A model generated the notes under the pieces. It had not been told where the DNA came from and made no database searches. It worked only from the letters and a program-made list of their open reading frames with translations. A stretch of DNA of 64,000 nt from an uncultured Thermoleophilia bacterium (GTDB lineage: Bacteria > Actinomycetota > Thermoleophilia > UBA2241), in the NCBI GenBank assembly GCA_963695395.1, contig CAVOGK010000014.1, positions 64,354 to 128,353 of the forward strand, written 5' to 3'. Positions 39,004 to 48,813 of the stretch are shown here, piece after piece. Numbering within the stretch: position 1 is the first letter of the stretch; each line of letters starts with the position of its first letter. A program made the translations under genes and the position numbers.

Positions 39004-39978
39004 TCAGCCGGCCGCGTACCCCTCGGGGTTGCGGCACATCCACGCCCACGCGTCCGTGACGGCGTCCTTCAGGTCGCGACGCGGGCGCCACCCCAGATCC
39101 AGCAGCGCTCGTCGGTTGCCGGCGACCAGGACGGGAGGGTCTCCGGCGCGTCGTGGCGCCGTCTCCCGCCGCAGCGACAGTCCCGTGACCGACTCGACCG
39201 TCTCGAGGACGGCGCGGACGGAATCCCCGCGACCGGTGCCGAGGTTGAACGATCCCTGGACTCCGGGCAGCGCTTCGAGCGCGGCGATGTGGGCATCCGC
39301 GAGGTCGGCGACGTGAACGTAGTCCCGTACGCAGGTTCCGTCCGGCGTTGGGTAGTCCGCCCCGAAGACGCGGATCGGCGTGCCGTCCCGCGCGGCGCGG
39401 AGCGCGAGCGGGACGAGGTGTGACTCCGGGTCGTGGTCCTCACCGCAGGCGCCGTCGGCGCCGCAGGCGTTGAAGTAACGCAAGGCGGTGCCGGCGAGAC
39501 CTCCGCCGGAGCGCGCCTGATCGAGAAGGCGCTCGCAGGCCAGCTTGGTTGCGCCGTACGGGTTCGAGGGGGCGAGGGGATCGTCCTCCTCTATCGGCGT
39601 CCGCTCCGGCGCGCCGTACACGGCCGCCGTCGAGCTGAAGACCAGGCGGGCGGCGCCGGCGGCGATGGCCGTCTCGATCACCGTGGCCGTGCCGTCCACA
39701 TTGACGCTGTGATAGCGCTCAGGCTCGGCGACCGACTCGGCGACCTCGGCGAGCGCCGCCATGTGCACCACCGCGTCGCAACCGGCGTCGATCAAGGTCT
39801 CGCGAAGGAGGCCGCCGTCGCGGATGTCGCCGCGCACGAGGAGTACGCCCGCGGGGACCGCTGCGGAGTGCCCGCGCGAGAGGTCGTCGTACACCACCAC
39901 GTCGTGCCCGCGCGCCGCAAGGCGCGCGACGATCACGCTGCCGATGTAGCCGGCTCCGCCGGTGACGAGGACTCGCAT
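39004..39978 (-). CDS. galE: UDP-glucose 4-epimerase
   Basis: MRVLVTGGAGYIGS...SSTAAVYG...PYGATKL (YxxxK)...RYFNACGA are typical GalE/SDR motifs. Confidence 0.9.
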   Translation of the reverse strand: MRVLVTGGAGYIGSVIVARLAARGHDVVVYDDLSRGHSAAVPAGVLLVRGDIRDGGLLRETLIDAGCDAVVHMAALAEVAESVAEPERYHSVNVDGTATVIETAIAAGAARLVFSSTAAVYGAPERTPIEEDDPLAPSNPYGATKLACERLLDQARSGGGLAGTALRYFNACGADGACGEDHDPESHLVPLALRAARDGTPIRVFGADYPTPDGTCVRDYVHVADLADAHIAALEALPGVQGSFNLGTGRGDSVRAVLETVESVTGLSLRRETAPRRAGDPPVLVAGNRRALLDLGWRPRRDLKDAVTDAWAWMCRNPEGYAAG

Positions 39979-40039
39979 GGGGTGATGCTATCAGCCGTTG
40001 CCCCGCGAGGGCTGTGATCGGGTGCCCTGCTGGGCCCGG

Positions 40040-42418
40040 TCACTTCTTGTTGTCGACCCAGATCTTCATGGAGCCGGAGCCCATGGACCGGATCTGGATG
40101 CGTACGCCGAGGTTCCTGGGGATCCTGACCCCGGCCTCAGCCGCGCCCGCGTACCAGTAGGTCCTGCTGTCGTTGAACCACGTCCGGGCGCCCTCGCCGG
40201 GGGCCGTGCGTTCTCCGACGTCCCATCCCCGGTCGTAGTCGACGAAGTAGATGCTCTGCGTCTTCGTCGGCCTGGTGCTGAACGACGCGTCGCGCACCTG
40301 GATGCGCGGCCGCCAGTACGCCAGGTGGTCGGTCGCGCCGTCCGAGTAGGCGACGCCGTCGGGCCTCGGATGGGCGTCCACGACCATCCAGCCTCCGCGA
40401 CCGATGTGCGTGGCCACGTCGTTGTCCGTGTAGAACGTGTCTCGGTAGATCAGGTGCAGGCCGCGGTTGTAGCTGAACCAGTCGACCCAGCTCGCGTAGT
40501 CGTAGTTCCACTCGTAGCAGTTCTTGAGGCTCTCGTCGAAGCCGTCGTAGGTGCGGTACTCGGCGATGTAGTAGCGCGCGGTCGTCCGCGACCACTGGCC
40601 GTCGATGCGCATCCAGCCGTCACTCAAGAAGGCGGAGACCGGCAGGGCGACACCGCCGAGCTTGATATCGGTGACCTCCCAACCCCTGAGGGCCACGCCG
40701 CCGTCGGTCAGATACGCGAACCTGACGAGGACGCTCTCGCCCTCGTAGGCGGTGAGGTCGACGGTCACCGTATCGGCCCAATGGTCGGTGTCGGTGCCGG
40801 TGAACTGCTCAACCGTGTCCCAGTTGGCGCCGCCATCGCCGGACACCTCGACGAAGCCGTAGTCATACCCCTCTTCGATGTCGTACCAGGTGCGGAACGT
40901 GAGCGTGCCGCCGGCAGGCACCGGGACGGCGTTCCTGGTGACGAGCGAGACGTCGAGGTCGTTGCCCCTCCTCGAGTACCACTCCATGGAGCCGTCTTTG
41001 CCGCTGAGCTGGATGACGTGCCTGGCCCTGGGCAGGGGGATCTTGACGGCCGTGGTGGTGGAGCGGCCCTCGGCGGCCGCCTGCAACCGCACCGTCGCGG
41101 TGCGGCCACGCTTCACGACCCGGGGGCTGACGAAGCCGAGGCAGGTCTTGTCGGCGGCGTTCATGGCCGCGGGCTTGGTGCCGATGCCCCACTGGCGGCC
41201 CAGCCATGATCCGCTGGCCATGATGGTCCAGAAGCCGCTGCTCGCGTCACCGGTCGCGCTCGAGTAGTCGTACTGATCGGAGAGCCCGAGGTCGTGGCCG
41301 AACTCGTGGCAGAACACGCCGACGTCACCGTCTTCGGGGTTGATCGTGTAGTTGTAGGCCCAGATGCCGAGGCCTTGCGGACCGAGGCCGTCGGTACCGG
41401 GGATCATCATGCCGGGACCATCGCCGGGGCCGCCGCGATAGTTCTCGTAGATCCCCCAGGAGTGCGCCCAGATCGCGTCTGACTCCTGGGCGCCTCCGCC
41501 GGCCGACTGGTCGCTGCCGGCGTGGATGAGGATCAGGTGGTCGAGGTAGCCGTCAGGCCGATTGAAGGCCGGACCGGTGATGCCCCAGGGGTTCTCGCGG
41601 TCGTACTGCGACCAATCCCAGCCGGGGTTGTTCTCGGCGAACTTGCTGATCGCGTCGCGTGCCACTCGCCACACCGGTCCGGTGAGGTCGTCGGTCCAAC
41701 TCCAGGGGTCGCTGTCCGCCCCGTACCAGGACTCCGGCAGGTCGAGTGTGACCCAGTCGCCGACGTCGCCGGCGACCGTGTACGTACCGTGCGACTGTTC
41801 GAGGTAGTAGTTGCGCATCGTGTCGTCGCTGGTGCCGCGGAGTTGTGTCGCGAACGGCAGTCCGTTGCGCCCCGCGGGCTTCGCCGCCGTCCGGCTGCCC
41901 GTGCTCAGGGCGAAGTCCAGGGCGCCGTAGACCGGATATGAGTTGCCGAAGAGCATCTGCTGGTAGTGCCTGGGGCTGAAGTCGCCGGGCCAGAACGTGG
42001 CGTTGTCGTCGGGCGCCGGCGGCGGGATCTGGCCGTGCGACGGGCCATCTACGTCGTGGCTCGTCGAGTCGCCATCTGGCCACGGGTCGGTGCCGAACTC
42101 GACCAGCAGCACCAGCGCGTTGGTCGCGTACGTGCCGGCGCCGCGGCCTGTGGCCACGCTGGCGGAGAGGTAGCGTCCAAGCGTCTTGCTCGCAGAAACG
42201 GTCCCTGCGGCCGGCTTGACCGGATGCTCGGTCCCCCGGGCGCCGAGCGCCATCACGGCGGCTCGGGCCATGGCCGGCGTCGCGTAGCTCGGCACGATGC
42301 CGAGGCGCTTCAAGTTCCTGGCGATGAGGATCTCGTTGGGCGGTACGGCGCCGGCCGGCGCTGCCACCAGGATCGTCAGCAGCGCCGCAAACGCCACTCC
42401 CACCAGGGCACGTCGCAC
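40040..42418 (-). CDS. immune inhibitor A-like M6 family metalloprotease
   Basis: HEFGHDLGLSDQYD zinc motif. Signal-like VRRALVGVAFAALLTILVAAPAGA after GGAGGGGG plus GTG. C-terminal beta-rich domains. Confidence 0.85.
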   Translation of the reverse strand: MRRALVGVAFAALLTILVAAPAGAVPPNEILIARNLKRLGIVPSYATPAMARAAVMALGARGTEHPVKPAAGTVSASKTLGRYLSASVATGRGAGTYATNALVLLVEFGTDPWPDGDSTSHDVDGPSHGQIPPPAPDDNATFWPGDFSPRHYQQMLFGNSYPVYGALDFALSTGSRTAAKPAGRNGLPFATQLRGTSDDTMRNYYLEQSHGTYTVAGDVGDWVTLDLPESWYGADSDPWSWTDDLTGPVWRVARDAISKFAENNPGWDWSQYDRENPWGITGPAFNRPDGYLDHLILIHAGSDQSAGGGAQESDAIWAHSWGIYENYRGGPGDGPGMMIPGTDGLGPQGLGIWAYNYTINPEDGDVGVFCHEFGHDLGLSDQYDYSSATGDASSGFWTIMASGSWLGRQWGIGTKPAAMNAADKTCLGFVSPRVVKRGRTATVRLQAAAEGRSTTTAVKIPLPRARHVIQLSGKDGSMEWYSRRGNDLDVSLVTRNAVPVPAGGTLTFRTWYDIEEGYDYGFVEVSGDGGANWDTVEQFTGTDTDHWADTVTVDLTAYEGESVLVRFAYLTDGGVALRGWEVTDIKLGGVALPVSAFLSDGWMRIDGQWSRTTARYYIAEYRTYDGFDESLKNCYEWNYDYASWVDWFSYNRGLHLIYRDTFYTDNDVATHIGRGGWMVVDAHPRPDGVAYSDGATDHLAYWRPRIQVRDASFSTRPTKTQSIYFVDYDRGWDVGERTAPGEGARTWFNDSRTYWYAGAAEAGVRIPRNLGVRIQIRSMGSGSMKIWVDNKK

Positions 42419-42664
42419 GGTCCCCCTCCGTCGATGACGCTCTCGAGGACGCACCGGATGCCGCTGACCACCTCCCGGCCCCGGATACGCGGATTCACGC
42501 AGTCTACGAGGAACCGTTCGTCGTGGCGATGACCCGTGGCGCCCGCGGCGTATACGAAGAGGCGCCCGGTGGCCGGAAGGGCCGCCGGGCGCCTGCATGA
42601 GCCGTCGCCCGCTCGGGCGACGAGGCTGAGCTGTGCGGCGCGACCGCGCCGCCGGGCCTCAGCC

Positions 42665-42865
42665 TCAGCCGAAGCCGCTGCTGCTCGGGACGGCGCAACC
42701 GCCGCTCGAGCCGCCGCCGATGTTCTGGAGAAAGCTCGAGAACTTCTGCCGGACGTCGGCGCCGCCGCAGTCCGGGCAGACCTTGTCCTCGTCCTTCAGG
42801 AAGCCCTGCCGGAATACTTCGAACTCGAGGCCGCAGGCCTCGCATACCAGGTCGTAGGACGCCAT
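42665..42865 (-). CDS. FmdB-family zinc-ribbon protein
   Basis: MASYDLVCEACGLEFEV...KVCPDCGG (CxxC...CxxC) with a Gly/Ser tail. GGAGGG RBS. TATAAT box at 42906-42911 on the minus strand. Confidence 0.8.
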   Translation of the reverse strand: MASYDLVCEACGLEFEVFRQGFLKDEDKVCPDCGGADVRQKFSSFLQNIGGGSSGGCAVPSSSGFG

Positions 42866-43012
42866 GACCCTCCGTCTCGGTGGTGGACAGTATACCCTGG
42901 GGGGTATTATACGCGAAGCCTGCGGGGGCGCAAACATCGGACCCGGGGTAAGCTTTGCCGCGTGAGGGGACGCGAGGCGCACCGCCGGCGTCCGGAACAG
43001 AAAGGGAGATCC

Positions 43013-43498
43013 ATGAAGACCAGGACGCTCGCGCTCGCGACGCTCGTCGCGGCCGTTCTCATCGCCGTCGCCGCGCTCTCCGCCTGCGGCTCGTCATCGG
43101 ATACGCCGACAACCTCGGGCGACGTCGAGGTCATCGCGCCGAGCGCCTTCAGCGTGTCCGACTACGCCGGCGAGCCGCTGGTGATCAACTTCTTCGGCTC
43201 CTGGTGCGGGCCGTGCAACGCGGAGGCTCCGGATCTCGCCTCCTTCGCCACGGACAATCCCGACGCGCAGATCGTGGGCATCGCCGTGGACGACAGCGAA
43301 GGCGACGCTGTGGCTTTCATGAACGAGTACGGACTCTCGTTCCCGCTGGTGGTCGACGACCAGAGCCTGGCGGGCGAGTACGGCATCACCGGGGTGCCGA
43401 CGACGATCTTCTTCGACGCGCAGGGTCAGGAGACGGACCGCCTCGTCGGCGCCTCCACCCTGGCGCAGTTCGACGCGGGGCTGGCGAAGTCCCAATGA
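43013..43498 (+). CDS. TlpA/ResA-like thiol-disulfide oxidoreductase lipoprotein
   Basis: Lipobox LSAC, thioredoxin motif FFGSWCGPCNAE, and GVPTTIFF cis-Pro loop. Confidence 0.85.
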   Translation: MKTRTLALATLVAAVLIAVAALSACGSSSDTPTTSGDVEVIAPSAFSVSDYAGEPLVINFFGSWCGPCNAEAPDLASFATDNPDAQIVGIAVDDSEGDAVAFMNEYGLSFPLVVDDQSLAGEYGITGVPTTIFFDAQGQETDRLVGASTLAQFDAGLAKSQ

Positions 43499-43537
43499 GG
43501 CCGACGGCGCGGCAGTGACGGCGGGCATCGTCCTCGC

Positions 43538-44257
43538 ATGACCGCGGTCGAGGTCACCTCTCTCAGCCTGACGGCGATCGGCCTCGCCTTCGCGGCGGGG
43601 CTGCTGTCGTTCGTCTCTCCCTGCGTCTTGCCGCTCCTGCCGGTCTACCTCTCGTTCATCTCCGGCGTGGGCGTCGAGGATCTGGGCCGGGAGCATCGTC
43701 GCCTGCTCTGGACGTCGCTGCTCTTCGTCGCCGGGTTCACGGCCGTGTTCGTGGTCATGGGAGCCGGCGCCGGTGGCGTCGGCCGGCTCCTGATCAGATA
43801 CCGGCAGGAGTTGATGATCGCCGCCGGCGCCTTCATCGTCGTGAGTGGCCTCCTGGTCTCCGGCGTGATCAAGCTGCCGGAGCCGGTGCTCAAGGTGGCG
43901 CCGAAGCGCGCCGGCGCCGCCGGCGCCTTCTTCACCGGCGCCGCCCTCGCCATCGGCTGGACGCCGTGCGTCGGCTACGTGCTCGGCGCGATCCTCTCCA
44001 TGGCCGCCAGCAGTCAGAGCGTGCTCACGGGCTCGCTGCTTCTTCTGGTGTACTCGATCGGGCTCGGCGTGCCCTTCGTGCTGGCCGCACTCGCCTTCGA
44101 CTGGGTCAGCGAGCGACTCGGCTGGGTCAAGCGGCACTACCGCGCCATCCAGGTGACCGCCGGCGCGCTCCTCGTCGTCTTCGGCGTGCTCATGATGTTC
44201 GGCGTCCTCGAGGAGCTCGGCCGCTGGCTGCCGGCGTTCAGCCCGGGTGGGCTCTGA
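43538..44257 (+). CDS. ccdA: cytochrome c biogenesis protein CcdA (DsbD transmembrane domain)
   Basis: LSFVSPCVLPLLPVYL and GWTPCVG conserved Cys-helix motifs. Six helices. Confidence 0.9.
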   Translation: MTAVEVTSLSLTAIGLAFAAGLLSFVSPCVLPLLPVYLSFISGVGVEDLGREHRRLLWTSLLFVAGFTAVFVVMGAGAGGVGRLLIRYRQELMIAAGAFIVVSGLLVSGVIKLPEPVLKVAPKRAGAAGAFFTGAALAIGWTPCVGYVLGAILSMAASSQSVLTGSLLLLVYSIGLGVPFVLAALAFDWVSERLGWVKRHYRAIQVTAGALLVVFGVLMMFGVLEELGRWLPAFSPGGL

Positions 44258-44333
44258 GCCGGCCCGGGCCCTGACGCAGCGCTGAGCGCGACAGCGCGAG
44301 TCCTGAGGCGACGCGCGCGATATCCTTGGCGCC

Positions 44334-47228
44334 ATGACCGTCCGTCACCGCATCACCGAGCTCTCGCCGGAGGGGCGCGCCGCCGCGCAGGCGCTGCGGC
44401 GCACGGTCGCCGGCGAGGTCTCCGCGTCGCCGCTCAGGCGCTGGCTCTACTCCACCGACGCCTCGGGCTACCGTGTCGTGCCTGAGGTCGTTGTCGTGGC
44501 TGGCTCGCCGGACGATCTGGTCGCCGCAACGACTGTCGCCGCGGAGACCGGTCTGCCGCTCGTGGCCCGCGGCGCCGCGTCGAGCCTCGCCGGGCAGGCC
44601 ATCGGCCCCGGCATCGTCGTCGACTGCTTCGGTCTCGACCACATCCTGGAGATCGACGCCGGCGCCCGCCGCGCCCGCGTCCAGCCCGGCGTCGTCCAGG
44701 CGGCGCTCAATGCCGCCGCCGCTTCGTTCGGCCTCGAGTTCGGGCCCGACACGTCGACCGTGGACCAGGCGACGATCGGCGGAATGGTCGGCAACAACTC
44801 GTCTGGGTCGCGCTCGATCGTCTACGGCGAGAGCAAGGACAAGGTGCTGCGCGTGGCCGGCGTACTCGCCGGCGGCGCGACCGTCGCGTTCGGCGCTTGC
44901 GCCGGGGACGATCTGGCGAGCGGCATGCACGGGGCGGAGGGGGAGCGGCTCGCGGCGGAGCTCACCCGGGTGCGCGAGCGATACCGCGAGCCCATCGCCA
45001 CCGGTTTCCCGCAGACGGTCCGCTGCACCTCCGGCTACAACGTGCGTGAGCTGCTGTCTCCTGCCCCGAACCTCGGCCGTCTGTTGGCCGGCTCCGAGGG
45101 CACGCTCGCGCTGTTCACCGAGCTCGACGTGCTTCTGGACCCGCGCCCGGCCCTGCGGGTGGGCGCGGCCTTCACCTTCGCGACGTTGCGCGAGGCATTG
45201 GAGGCCAATGTCGCCATCCTCGATACGGGACCGTCCGCCGTCGAGTTCCTGGACCTCGCGCCGCTGCGTCGCGCTCCCAATCTCGCCACGTACCCGCGCA
45301 TGGCTGCGATGACCGGTGGCGACGACGCGGCGCTGCTCACCATCGAGTATCAGGGGAGCGAGGACGAGGCGCGCGCCGGCCTCTCGCGCTTGCGTGCGCT
45401 CGCCGGCGCCCTGGGCGCGACCCAGTCCCTCTGGCTCGAGCAGCCGGACGAGCTCGCCGAAGCCGCGGCCCTGCGTCGCGCCGCGTTGCCGCTGCTCATG
45501 GGCGCGCCGGGCGCGGAGCGCCCGGCGTCGTTCGTCGAAGACGCGGCCGTGGCGCCGGAGCGGCTTGCCGACTTCGTCGACGACTTCCGGAAGGTCGTCG
45601 CGTCACACGGCGCCCGCGCCAGCTTCACCGGCCACGCCTCTGCCGGGTGCCTGCACATCCGGCCGCTGCTCGACCTCAAGACGGCGGCAGGCGTGGCCCA
45701 CATGGACGCGCTGGCCGGCGAGGTCGGCCGCCTCGTCGCCGACTACCACGGCGCGATCTCGGGCGAGCACGGCTGCGGGCGCTCGCGTAGCTGGTTCCTT
45801 CCGCAGCTTCTCGGGCCCGAGCTGTACGAGGCGATGGCGGCCGTCAAGGACGCCTTCGACCCGCATCGCCTGCTCAATCCCGGGATCGTCGTGGACGGGC
45901 CTCCGGTCACCGAGTCGCTGCGCTTCGGCGCCGACTACCACGGCGACCAGGCGTGGGCGCCCCGGCTCTCCTACGCCGCCGAGGGCGGCTTCGACCTCGC
46001 CGTCGAGAAGTGCTTCGGCGCCGGCCTCTGCAAGAAGAGCTCAGGCACGATGTGCCCGCCGGGGGCGGCGACGCGCGATGAGGCGCGCACGACCCGTGCG
46101 CGCGCCAACGCGCTGCAGGGGGTCGTCTGCGGGGCCGTTCCGCTGGCGGCGATCGGCGAGGACGAGTTCCGCGAGGTGCTCGGCACCTGCGTCGCCTGCA
46201 AGGCGTGCAAGACCGAGTGCCCGGCGGGCGTCGACATGGCCGCGCTCAAGGTGGAGTGGCTCGCCGAGCTGCGCAGCCGGGAAGGCGTCCCGCCACTGGC
46301 TCGGGGCGTCGGCGACCTCCGTCGCCTCGCGGCGCTCGCGGCGCCGGTCGCGCCGCTGGTCAACGCCCTTGGCCGTACCCGAGCCGCGCGGCTCGCGACC
46401 GACCGCCTCGGCGTCGCCCACGAACGGCCGCTGCCGACGTTCACGAGCCGGCCGCTCACGCGCCGGTCCGCCGCATGGCCGGCGCCGACGGCCGCCGCGG
46501 CTTCGGAGTCGGCCGCGACCGCGACGCTCTTCGTCGATTGCTTCGTCCAGTATCAGGAGCCGGGCGTGGGCGAGGCGCTGGCGCGGCTCCTCGCCGCCGC
46601 CGGCGTGCGCCTCCGCCTCGCGGACGTGGGTTGTTGCGGCCGCACGGCCCTCTCCACCGGCCAGATCGAGAAGGCGCGCGCCGCGGCGCGGCGCGCGCTG
46701 GACGGGCTGCACGCCGGGGTCCGGGACGGCGCCGACGTCCTCTTCATCGAGCCGTCGTGCCTGTCCATGGCTCGCGACGACTGGGCGCGGCTGCTGCCCG
46801 GGGACGCGCGCGTCGCCGAGGTCGCTGCGGCGGCCCGTCCGGCGCTCGCGCTCGTCGCCGACCTGGCCGCTGAGGGCCGCCTGCGCTTTCGTGCCGGCGG
46901 CCGCGCGCTTCTGCACAGCCACTGCCACGAGAAGGCGCTCGGCTTCGCCGAGGCGACGCGGGACGCCCTGGCTGCTGTGCCTGGCCTCGAGGTCGAGGAT
47001 CCGGACGCCGGGTGCTGCGGCATGTCCGGCGTGTTCGGCTACGAGGCCGATCATTACGCGCTCAGCGTGGCCATGGCTGAGCGCGCACTGCTGCCGGCGG
47101 TGCGGGCGGCGCGGCAGGACACGGCCGTGCTGGCGACCGGCACGTCATGCCGGTCGCAGCTGCGCGACCTCAGTGGCCGCGCCGCTCTCCACCCGCTCGA
47201 GTTCCTCGCCGGTCGCCTCCGGACCTGA
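44334..47228 (+). CDS. fused FAD-linked oxidase / 4Fe-4S / CCG-domain oxidoreductase (GlcD-GlpC-like)
   Basis: N-terminal FAD-binding PCMH domain (VARGAASSLAGQA). Central CxxCxxCxxxCP motif (CVACKACKTECP). C-terminal Cys-rich CCG-type repeats. Confidence 0.85.
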   Translation: MTVRHRITELSPEGRAAAQALRRTVAGEVSASPLRRWLYSTDASGYRVVPEVVVVAGSPDDLVAATTVAAETGLPLVARGAASSLAGQAIGPGIVVDCFGLDHILEIDAGARRARVQPGVVQAALNAAAASFGLEFGPDTSTVDQATIGGMVGNNSSGSRSIVYGESKDKVLRVAGVLAGGATVAFGACAGDDLASGMHGAEGERLAAELTRVRERYREPIATGFPQTVRCTSGYNVRELLSPAPNLGRLLAGSEGTLALFTELDVLLDPRPALRVGAAFTFATLREALEANVAILDTGPSAVEFLDLAPLRRAPNLATYPRMAAMTGGDDAALLTIEYQGSEDEARAGLSRLRALAGALGATQSLWLEQPDELAEAAALRRAALPLLMGAPGAERPASFVEDAAVAPERLADFVDDFRKVVASHGARASFTGHASAGCLHIRPLLDLKTAAGVAHMDALAGEVGRLVADYHGAISGEHGCGRSRSWFLPQLLGPELYEAMAAVKDAFDPHRLLNPGIVVDGPPVTESLRFGADYHGDQAWAPRLSYAAEGGFDLAVEKCFGAGLCKKSSGTMCPPGAATRDEARTTRARANALQGVVCGAVPLAAIGEDEFREVLGTCVACKACKTECPAGVDMAALKVEWLAELRSREGVPPLARGVGDLRRLAALAAPVAPLVNALGRTRAARLATDRLGVAHERPLPTFTSRPLTRRSAAWPAPTAAAASESAATATLFVDCFVQYQEPGVGEALARLLAAAGVRLRLADVGCCGRTALSTGQIEKARAAARRALDGLHAGVRDGADVLFIEPSCLSMARDDWARLLPGDARVAEVAAAARPALALVADLAAEGRLRFRAGGRALLHSHCHEKALGFAEATRDALAAVPGLEVEDPDAGCCGMSGVFGYEADHYALSVAMAERALLPAVRAARQDTAVLATGTSCRSQLRDLSGRAALHPLEFLAGRLRT

Positions 47229-47279
47229 TCGCGGCGTCCGCGCCAGACCTTCCTGCGCCGGCCCTCGACGACGTGTACG

Positions 47280-47468
47280 ATGGTCGTCGTGAACTGGCTG
47301 ATCCTGATCCTCGGCGTCGTTGGGCTGGGCGTCGCGGGGTACGGGCTGGTCGCGCTGACCATGCAGGCGGTGCGGCGGCGGCGCTACCTCGACATCGTCC
47401 TTGCCGTCGTCGTGGTCCTCGCCACCGTTGTCCTGCTGGTGACGTTCGGGGAACGCATCATCCGCTGA
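47280..47468 (+). CDS. small two-TM membrane protein (62 aa)
   Basis: Two hydrophobic helices separated by RRRR. Third codon positions are almost all G/C. Confidence 0.5.
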   Translation: MVVVNWLILILGVVGLGVAGYGLVALTMQAVRRRRYLDIVLAVVVVLATVVLLVTFGERIIR

Positions 47469-47715
47469 GGGAAGCCCGGCAAAGCGTGGTCCCACCAGGC
47501 ACGCAGGCTCCTGTCCCGGCGCGATGCTAAGGTTCGTCCGCGCGTTGCCGATAGTGGGAACGCCGGTCGGAGTGGATCGGTGGGGGATGTCCGGACCTCC
47601 TGGCGCGGGGCGCGCAGCGCCGCCGTCCTCAGTCGGGTCCGGGCAGCCACTGCACTCCGGTGGTGCGACGCAAATGTCGCGGCTCCCGACCCCGGCATGG
47701 CAGGAGAGAAGACAG

Positions 47716-48300
47716 ATGGCCAAGCGAATCCTCGTCGTCGACGACGAGCCCGACATCCGTCGGCTCGTGGCCGAAGCACTCGAGATGACCGGGTACGACG
47801 TCCACAGCGCCGCCAACGGCAGCGAGGCTGTGCGTGTCGCGTCGCTCTATCTCCCCGACCTCGTGCTGCTCGACATCATGATGCCGGACATGGACGGTTT
47901 CGCCGTCTACGAGAAGCTGCGCCAGAAGCCCGCGGACCTGCGTTCACCGATCATCTTCCTGACGGCGCGCCGGGAGATCAGCGACAAGCTCCTCGGCTTC
48001 GAGAGAGGCGCCGCCGACTACATCACCAAGCCCTTTCACATCAAGGAGCTGTTGGCGCGCGTCAAGGTGCACCTGGGAGAGCTTGGGCCGCCCAAAGGCG
48101 ATGTCCCCAATCCGATGACCGACCGCGAGCTCGAAGTGCTTGGCCTGCTGGCCACCGGCAAGACCTACAAGCAGGTCGCCAGGGCGCTCGATCTCAGCCA
48201 GAGCACGGTGCGCAATCACTTGCACAACGTGTATCACAAGCTCAACGTGGTGGATCGCGCCCAGGCCGTCATCGTGAGCCGGGAGAACGGCTGGATCTAG
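47716..48300 (+). CDS. response regulator, receiver + LuxR/NarL-type HTH
   Basis: ILVVDDEPD...LLDIMMPDMDG...ADYITKPF receiver. LTDRELEVLGLLATGKTYKQVARALDLSQSTVRNHL HTH. Confidence 0.9.
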   Translation: MAKRILVVDDEPDIRRLVAEALEMTGYDVHSAANGSEAVRVASLYLPDLVLLDIMMPDMDGFAVYEKLRQKPADLRSPIIFLTARREISDKLLGFERGAADYITKPFHIKELLARVKVHLGELGPPKGDVPNPMTDRELEVLGLLATGKTYKQVARALDLSQSTVRNHLHNVYHKLNVVDRAQAVIVSRENGWI

Positions 48301-48323
48301 GGACGGCTGTTCTCGAGCGTGCG

Positions 48324-48358
48324 ATGAAGAGGGCCGGTGGTGCGCACCGGCCCTTCAT
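48324..48358. terminator. bidirectional GC-rich hairpin between convergent genes
   Basis: ATGAAG(A)GGGCCGGTG-GTGCG-CACCGGCCCTTCAT: about a 15-bp stem with one bulge. No clear U-tract. Confidence 0.5.
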
Positions 48359-48379
48359 GCGTACGGTGATGGACGAACG

Positions 48380-48637
48380 TCAGGATGCGGAGAACGGCAT
48401 GTCCGGCAGCGACCATTCCGGTCCGTCGCTGCGACGGTCGCCACGGCGGCGCTCGGTGAAGGGACCGGATCCGCTGACCCAGCGCGGGCGGCGGCGCTCG
48501 CCGGTGCGCCGGTCGACGACGACGCGCACGTCGTCACGCCCCGCGAACGTGGCCGAAAGCCGTGCGTAGAAGAACTCCTCGAGCTGACGCGGGATCACGA
48601 TGATTCGCGGCTCGACGGCTTGCGTCGTCCCGGGCAT
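48380..48637 (-). CDS. Arg-rich small protein (85 aa), unknown function
   Basis: Strong GGAGGAGG RBS. 13 of 85 codons end in A/T. Motifs VDRRTGERRR and ERRRGDRR. Confidence 0.55.
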   Translation of the reverse strand: MPGTTQAVEPRIIVIPRQLEEFFYARLSATFAGRDDVRVVVDRRTGERRRPRWVSGSGPFTERRRGDRRSDGPEWSLPDMPFSAS

Positions 48638-48798
48638 GCTTGACCTCCTCCGACACTCACAGCGTACCACTTGAGATGCACAGCTATTCGCCGTTCGCTC
48701 GCGCTTCTCCTTGGCCGTGCCTGCACGGCGCATCGCGGGTGTTGCCGGGATTGGCTACGGGCGGCGGCTGCCGCCACCGGCGGGCGCGCTCCCGGATG

Positions 48799-48804
48799 TA
48801 GACT
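48799..48804 (+). promoter_or_regulatory. putative -10 box (TAGACT) for a leaderless rhomboid transcript
   Basis: TAGACT ends 9 nt before GTG 48814. No SD. Confidence 0.35.
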
Positions 48805-48813
48805 GGGCCGCGC

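Noticed and set aside
47641-47696. Resemblance to a c-di-GMP-I (GEMM-I) riboswitch core (GGGCAGCC...GACGCAAA, plus an 11-nt UGCACUCCGGU string also present in Vc2) upstream of the NarL-type regulator.
   Set aside because: The first hairpin would carry a UCCG loop instead of GNRA. I cannot build the second hairpin/receptor or the closing P1 stem. The element is far shorter than typical. cmsearch with RF01051 would settle it; a score above the gathering threshold would overturn this rejection.
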